Source of the DNA: Xanthomonas campestris pv. campestris str. ATCC 33913
GTDB taxonomy: Bacteria > Pseudomonadota > Gammaproteobacteria > Xanthomonadales > Xanthomonadaceae
Assembly: GCF_000007145.1 (NCBI RefSeq)
Contig: NC_003902.1
Span: forward strand, 3,476,497 to 3,508,496
Reading direction: 5' to 3'
DNA length: 32,000 bases
In this document: piece by piece, positions 25,975 to 32,000 of the stretch
Numbering within the stretch: position 1 is the first letter of the stretch
Layout: the number at the start of each line of letters is the position of its first letter
Position numbers and translations under genes: made by a program
Notes under the pieces: model-generated
Seen by the model: only the letters and a program-made list of their open reading frames with translations
What the model was told of the DNA's origin: nothing
Databases searched by the model: none

Positions 25975-28900
25975 TTACCCTCGCAAGGCCGCCACGCGTT
26001 GCGACAACTTTTTCGCCGAGACGCCGGATTTGGCGCCCAGCTCCTGCGCAAATACCGACACCCGCAGTTCTTCCAGATCCCAGCGCAGCGCCTGCCAATC
26101 CGGGTGCTGTTGCAGCCCACGCGCCGCGGCGTCGTTGAGTGCATCCACGAACGGCTTGAGCTCGAGCATGCGTGCCTGGTCGCGCGCGGGGTCGCGCTTG
26201 GCGCGTTCGGTGCGCAGGATCATCGCCTTGAGATAGCGCGGATAATTGGCCAGCGCATCGGCCGGCGTGTCGCGCAGGAACCCGGCATGCACCAGCGCGC
26301 GTAGCTGCTGTTCCATGTCATCCAGATTGCCACGCGCCCAGCCCATCAACGGTGCTTCCAGTAAAGGCTTGAGTTCGGCCACCGCGCCGAGAATGCTCTC
26401 TGCCAGCGTCAACCGTGCCATCGCTTCGCCAAACAGCCGCTTGACCGCATCCTCGCGGCGCTGTGCGAACGCGGCAGGGTCGCGGATCGCGCCCAGCCCC
26501 TCGGCCAGCACCGCATTGAGCGCCGCATCGACCAGATCGCCGCGCAGGCGCTCCTGCGATTCGATCGCTGCATACAACAGCCCCGTCTTGGGCGACACCG
26601 GCAGCTGCTTGCGCGCCTGCTTGATCTTGTCGGCCAAGGCAATTTCCAGCAGCCGGCGCACACCACGCGGATGCGCCCGCAGCGCTTCGTTGCGGTCGGC
26701 AAAGATCCGTAGCGCGGCATCCTCGCCCTGATCCACCAAGGCCGGATAGGCGGGCACGCCCGCTTCGCCGGCCACCTGTTCGGGGATCGGCGTGGCCGGG
26801 AAATCGCGCAGCCCTTCCGCCGCCAGCGCGCGTCCGGCACGCGCGGCAAAGGCCTGCCCGGCACGCTCGCCAAAGCGCGCACGTAATCCCACCAGATCGC
26901 GCGATTCGGCGAGCACCCTGCCGTCCTCGTCGCGCAGCCGCAGGTTCATCAGCAAGTGCGTGTCCAGCGCTTCTTCGTCGAAATCCAGCGCCGCCACCGG
27001 CGCACCGGTGGCCTTGCTCAAAAAGCGCGCCAGCTCGCCGCGCATATCGTCCGCCGATGGCGTGCTGAAGGCCTCGTAGAACGCGCGGCCGTAATCCGGA
27101 GCCGGCACGTAATTGCGGCGCTGCGCCTTGGGCAGGCTGCGGATCAGTGCCGACGCCTTGTCGGCCACAAATCCGGGCGCCAGCCACGACAAGCGCGACG
27201 GATCCAGCGCATTGAGCAAATGCAACGGCACCTCGAGCGTCACGCCATCGTCGATGGCCCCCGGCTCGAAGCGGTACTGCAACGGCAACCGCGCATCGCC
27301 CAGCGCGAAATACTTCGGGAACCGGTCCGCCTCGCTGCCTTCGCCGGGCAGCAGATCGTTCAACGACCAATGCAGGCTGCGGCGCTTGTCGGCAGGCAAG
27401 GTCTTCCACCACGCATCCAGGCCACTGGCCGAATGCAGTTCGGCCGGAATGCGATCCAGATACCAGCGCGCCTGCCAGTCCTCGTCGGCCACGATGCCGG
27501 CGCGGCGCAGCTTGGCTTCCTCTTCGCGCGCCTGTTCCAGCACCTTGAGGTTATCGGCGACAAACGCCGCACGCGTGTTGATTTCGCCCGGCACCAGGCC
27601 CTGCCGCACGAACAGGTCGTGCGAGGTGGCGGGGTCGATCTTGCCGAAGTGCACCGGCTTCTTGGGCGCCAGCACCAGGCCGAACAGACTGATCTGCTCG
27701 GAGGCCACCACCTGCCCTTGTGCACGCGACCAGTGCGGGTCGAAATGCTTGCGTGCCAGCAGGTGCGGCAACTCGGCAATGGCCCAGTCCGGCTCGATCG
27801 CCGCATTGGTCATGCCCCACACTTTCTGGGTGTCGAGCAAGGTCGCCGCAAGAATCCACGGTGGCGGCTTGCGTGCCAACGCGGAGCCCGGAAACGGCAC
27901 GAACCGGCGTTGCCGCGCAGCCAGGAAATCGCCTTTTTCAGTGCGGTGGCCAATCTGCGTCGGCAGGCCCGCCAGCAGTGCGCGGTGCAAGGCCTGGTAG
28001 GCGGCAGCACGTTCGCGCTCGGACGTGCGCACCGCCGCGTCGGTGGCATCGGCAGGTGAGCTCTTTGCAGCCGCGGCCTTCGCCTGCGCGGGTGGCGCCG
28101 CCGGATCCGGCTTGCCTTCGCGCGCCAGCCGCGCGGCACGGTGCAGCTGCCCACGGGTGGCACGGTGCGCCTGCCCGTCCTCGCGCACCGGCGCGCTGGC
28201 ACCGGCCAGCAGTGGCGCCAGCATCGCGCCGGCCGGCTCTTCGCTCCAGCCCAGTTCTTCGCACAGCAAGCGCAACTGGCGGTGCAGTTCACGCCACTCG
28301 CGCATGCGCAGGAAGCCGAGAAAATGCCGTCCGCACCAATCGCGCAACTTGGACTGGGTGAGGTCTTCGTGTACCTGCCGGTAGGCGTCCCACAGGCGCA
28401 GGATGCCGACGAACTCCGAGCGCGCATCGGCAAACAGCGCATGCGCGTTATCGGCGGCCTCGCGCGCTTCCGGCGGGCGCTCGCGCGGATCCTGGATACC
28501 CAGGAACGCGGCGATGATGATCATCTCGCGCAGGCAACCGTGCTGTTGCGCGGCCACCAGCATGCGCGCCAGTTTGACGTCCACCGGCAGGCGCGCCATC
28601 TGCCGGCCGATCGCCGTCAGCCGCCGCTCCGCATCGATCGCACCGAGCTCCAGCAGCTGCTGCCAGCCATCGGCCACGGCGCGTTCGTCCGGCGCTTCCA
28701 GGAACGGAAACTCCTCGATGCGCCCCAGCCCCAACTGCAGCATGCGCAGGATCACGCCCGACAACGACGCGCGCCGGATCTCCGGGTCGGTGAAGGCCGG
28801 GCGCGCGGCGAAATCCGCCTCCGCGTACAGCCGGTAACAGATGCCCTCGGCGATACGCCCGCAGCGGCCCATGCGCTGGTTGGCGCTGGCCTGCGAAATC

Positions 28901-30090
28901 GGCTCGATATGCAGCCGGTCCAGCTTCTGCCGCGGGCTGTAGCGCTTGACGCGCGCATAGCCCGGATCCACCACGTAGCGGATGCGCGGCACCGTCAGCG
29001 AGGTTTCGGCCACGTTGGTCGCCAGCACCAGGCGCCGGCGCGGGCCCGGGTTGAACACGCGGTCCTGGTCGGCCGCCGACAGCCGCGCGTACAGCGGCAC
29101 CACTTCGGTCTCACGGTATTTGCGCCGCTCCAGCGACTGGTGCGCATCGCGAATCTCACGCTCGCCCGGCAGGAACATCAGCACATCGCCACGCGGGTCG
29201 ATGCGGGTGATCTCGTCGATCGCCGCCACGATGGCGTCGTTGACGGTGCGTTCGCCATCGCGCCCAACATCGCCGGTGTCGCCGTCGCCAGATTCGCCTT
29301 CGAGCGGGCGGTAGCGCACATCCACCGGGAAAGTGCGGCCTTCCACGTTGATCACCGGCGCGTCATCGAAATGCCGCGAGAACCGCTCGGTGTCGATGGT
29401 GGCCGAAGTGACGATCAACTTGAGGTCGGGACGCTTGCGCAGCAGCTGCTTGAGATAACCCAGCAGGAAGTCGATGTTGAGGCTGCGCTCGTGCGCTTCG
29501 TCCACGATGATGGTGTCGTAGGCGGACAACCACCGGTCGCTGGCGATCTCCGCCAGCAAAATGCCGTCGGTCATGAACTTGATGCGCGAGTCCTCACCCA
29601 CGCGATCGGTGAAGCGCACCTGGAACCCCACCGTGGTGCCCAATGGGGTGTTGAGTTCTTCAGCCACGCGCGCGGCCACCGCGCGCGCAGCGATACGCCG
29701 CGGCTGCGTGCAGCCGATCATGCCGGCCGCACCCCGCCCGGCTGCCAGGCACAGCTTGGGCAACTGGGTGGTCTTGCCCGAACCGGTCTCACCGGCAATC
29801 ACCACCACCGGATGGTCGCGGATGAGCGCGATGATGCGATCGGCTTCGCGCGCGATCGGCAGTTGCGTATCCAGCGTGATCGCCGGCTGCTGCGCGGCAC
29901 GCGCCTGCCGTTGCGCCTGTGAGGCGGCCAGCGCCTGTTCGAAGGCCTGGCGCAGCTGCGGGTTGCCGGGCTTGCCTTGCCAGCGCGACCATAGGCCCAG
30001 CAAACGGCCACGATCGCGGCTCATGGCGGCATCCACGGCGCCGCGGCGCTCACGCAACGTGGTGGCGAGGTCAGTGTCGATAGCGCTCAT
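25975..30090 (-). CDS. hrpA: ATP-dependent RNA helicase HrpA (DEAH-box)
   Basis: 1371 aa with Walker A GETGSGKTTQLPK and DEAH (IIVDEAHERS). Also present are TSATID, TNVAETSLT and QRMGRCGR, plus the long HrpA-specific C-terminal extension. Confidence 0.95.
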   Translation of the reverse strand: MSAIDTDLATTLRERRGAVDAAMSRDRGRLLGLWSRWQGKPGNPQLRQAFEQALAASQAQRQARAAQQPAITLDTQLPIAREADRIIALIRDHPVVVIAGETGSGKTTQLPKLCLAAGRGAAGMIGCTQPRRIAARAVAARVAEELNTPLGTTVGFQVRFTDRVGEDSRIKFMTDGILLAEIASDRWLSAYDTIIVDEAHERSLNIDFLLGYLKQLLRKRPDLKLIVTSATIDTERFSRHFDDAPVINVEGRTFPVDVRYRPLEGESGDGDTGDVGRDGERTVNDAIVAAIDEITRIDPRGDVLMFLPGEREIRDAHQSLERRKYRETEVVPLYARLSAADQDRVFNPGPRRRLVLATNVAETSLTVPRIRYVVDPGYARVKRYSPRQKLDRLHIEPISQASANQRMGRCGRIAEGICYRLYAEADFAARPAFTDPEIRRASLSGVILRMLQLGLGRIEEFPFLEAPDERAVADGWQQLLELGAIDAERRLTAIGRQMARLPVDVKLARMLVAAQQHGCLREMIIIAAFLGIQDPRERPPEAREAADNAHALFADARSEFVGILRLWDAYRQVHEDLTQSKLRDWCGRHFLGFLRMREWRELHRQLRLLCEELGWSEEPAGAMLAPLLAGASAPVREDGQAHRATRGQLHRAARLAREGKPDPAAPPAQAKAAAAKSSPADATDAAVRTSERERAAAYQALHRALLAGLPTQIGHRTEKGDFLAARQRRFVPFPGSALARKPPPWILAATLLDTQKVWGMTNAAIEPDWAIAELPHLLARKHFDPHWSRAQGQVVASEQISLFGLVLAPKKPVHFGKIDPATSHDLFVRQGLVPGEINTRAAFVADNLKVLEQAREEEAKLRRAGIVADEDWQARWYLDRIPAELHSASGLDAWWKTLPADKRRSLHWSLNDLLPGEGSEADRFPKYFALGDARLPLQYRFEPGAIDDGVTLEVPLHLLNALDPSRLSWLAPGFVADKASALIRSLPKAQRRNYVPAPDYGRAFYEAFSTPSADDMRGELARFLSKATGAPVAALDFDEEALDTHLLMNLRLRDEDGRVLAESRDLVGLRARFGERAGQAFAARAGRALAAEGLRDFPATPIPEQVAGEAGVPAYPALVDQGEDAALRIFADRNEALRAHPRGVRRLLEIALADKIKQARKQLPVSPKTGLLYAAIESQERLRGDLVDAALNAVLAEGLGAIRDPAAFAQRREDAVKRLFGEAMARLTLAESILGAVAELKPLLEAPLMGWARGNLDDMEQQLRALVHAGFLRDTPADALANYPRYLKAMILRTERAKRDPARDQARMLELKPFVDALNDAAARGLQQHPDWQALRWDLEELRVSVFAQELGAKSGVSAKKLSQRVAALRG

Positions 30091-30114
30091 CGATGGAAAA
30101 ATGTGAAAGATTGA

Positions 30115-30170
30115 ATGACAAGTGATCCTTTAGCCTGTCTATTGTGACGCCATATCAGTTCCTAAGGAGG
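30115..30170 (+). promoter_or_regulatory. candidate dps promoter and ribosome-binding site in the AT-rich hrpA/dps divergent spacer
   Basis: A -35-like ATGACA (30115-30120), a 17-nt spacer, and a -10-like TCTATT (30138-30143), followed by a strong Shine-Dalgarno AAGGAGG (30164-30170) 7 nt before the ATG. The 87-bp spacer is markedly AT-richer than its surroundings. Confidence 0.3.
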
Positions 30171-30177
30171 ACCATCC

Positions 30178-30729
30178 ATGTCCAAGAAGAAGAACGCAGC
30201 AAACAAACCCGCGGCTCCCACTGACGCGTTGCCGGTCGCCGCTCCCTCGGCGCCACACATCGATATCGGGATTAAGGATGCCGATCGCAAGCAGATCTCC
30301 GACGGCCTGGCCCGCTACATGGCCGACGCGTTCACGCTGTACCTGAAGACCCACAACTTCCATTGGAACGTCACCGGGTCGATGTTCAACTCGCTGCACA
30401 CCATGTTCGAAACCCAGTACACCGAGCAGTGGGGCGCGCTGGACGAAGTGGCCGAGCGCATCCGCGCCCTGGGCTACAACGCACCGGGTTCGTACCGCGA
30501 GTTCGTGGCGCTGACCTCGATCCCGGAAGAGCCGGGCCTGAGCGATAGCGCCGACTGGCGCGAGATGGTGCGCCAGCTGGTCAGCGGCAACGAAGCGGTC
30601 TGCCGCACCGCCCGCAAGGTGCTGGGCACCGCCGACGACGCCGGCGACGACCCGACCGTGGACCTGCTGACCCAGCGTCTGCAGACCCATGAAAAATACG
30701 CCTGGATGCTGCGCTCGCTGCTGCAGTAA
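30178..30729 (+). CDS. dps: DNA starvation/stationary-phase protection protein Dps (ferritin-like)
   Basis: 183 aa. The ferroxidase-site region LYLKTHNFHWNVTGSMFNSLHTMFETQYTEQWGALDEVAERIRALG is classic Dps. It has a Lys-rich N-terminal tail (MSKKKNAANKP). Confidence 0.93.
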   Translation: MSKKKNAANKPAAPTDALPVAAPSAPHIDIGIKDADRKQISDGLARYMADAFTLYLKTHNFHWNVTGSMFNSLHTMFETQYTEQWGALDEVAERIRALGYNAPGSYREFVALTSIPEEPGLSDSADWREMVRQLVSGNEAVCRTARKVLGTADDAGDDPTVDLLTQRLQTHEKYAWMLRSLLQ

Positions 30730-30759
30730 ACCCTTCACGCGTAGCCTCCACGGGTTTGT

Positions 30760-30805
30760 CCAAGGTTTTGCCAAAGGCGCAACCTTGAGCCCTGCCCAAC
30801 CTTGG
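30760..30805 (+). terminator. alternative hairpins downstream of dps
   Basis: The left arm CCAAGGTT (30760-30767) can pair with AACCTTG (30781-30787) or with a second copy, AACCTTGG (30798-30805). The structure begins 31 nt after the dps stop and has no clear U-tract. Confidence 0.3.
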
Positions 30806-30852
30806 CCCCCTGCGCAATTGCCTACCACCGGTAAGCAGTGCTAGACACTAAG

Positions 30853-30888
30853 CCCCTCTCCCCCCGGGAGAGGGGTTGGGGTGAGGGT
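30853..30888. repeat. REP-like GC-rich palindromic intergenic element
   Basis: CCCCTCTCCC ccc GGGAGAGGGG (30853-30875) followed by TTGGGGTGAGGGT. I recognise this motif class as a dispersed intergenic repeat in Xanthomonadaceae and other proteobacteria, where it often yields spurious ORFs reading ...SPRERGWGEG..., as in track ORF 30838..31062. Only one copy is in this window, so dispersal cannot be shown here. Confidence 0.4.
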
Positions 30889-31083
30889 ACGGAGCGAAGC
30901 CCTGGCCGTCGCACCCGCACCCGCTGCCTGACATCTCTTGCGCCACGCGGCCAGCGCTCAGTTGCATCCGCAGACGTCTTCGTCTACCGCATCCACCACG
31001 GCGCGGCGATCCCCGACACACCACTGCGCAACACCGCCCGCATGACACCGGCCCGGGCTTGACCCGCGCGGTATCCTAGGCGG

Positions 31084-32000
<917 letters not shown>

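Noticed and set aside
28141-29922. 593-aa plus-strand ORF (also 26956..28059 and 26318..27412)
   Set aside because: These are antisense or off-frame relative to hrpA, and their translations are Arg-rich.
30091-30177. Possible OxyR or Fur box in the dps upstream region
   Set aside because: There are only weak partial matches (TTAG..CTAT with the wrong spacing; GAATGACAAGTGATC only loosely Fur-like), which is insufficient to call a site by eye.

Overview
High-GC (roughly 65%) gamma-proteobacterial chromosome. Gene content and order look Xanthomonas-like (Xanthomonadaceae), but that is an inference, since no database search was possible. The window is densely packed with conserved housekeeping genes on both strands. 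In order: gshB and a TonB-family gene; ADP-ribosylglycohydrolase, tsaB and a DinG/YoaA helicase; a small lipoprotein and mrcB (PBP1B); a two-domain glycosyltransferase; a frameshifted TPR-like gene and relA; a complete pqqABCDE operon; two secreted proteins; glk and a TonB-dependent receptor; hrpA; dps; and the 5' part of recQ. Several real features are absent from or distorted in the ORF track. pqqA (26 codons) is too short to be listed. recQ runs off the window end. pqqD, the TonB-dependent receptor, the glycosyltransferase and tsaB are embedded in ORFs with spurious 5' extensions. One gene is split across two reading frames. I saw no tRNA or rRNA genes, CRISPR arrays, IS or transposase genes, integrases, or phage or defence-type modules. 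I do not find convincing evidence for a wholly new multi-gene system here. The items most worth follow-up are: an LpoP-like lipoprotein coupled to mrcB; the frameshifted gene downstream of relA; the orphan GT2+GT4 fusion glycosyltransferase; a LacI-type operator overlapping a consensus -35 upstream of glk and the receptor; the uncharacterised secreted pair after pqqE; and two unusually long non-coding stretches flanking the DinG-like helicase. The many long ORFs antisense to real genes are typical high-GC shadow ORFs and were rejected.
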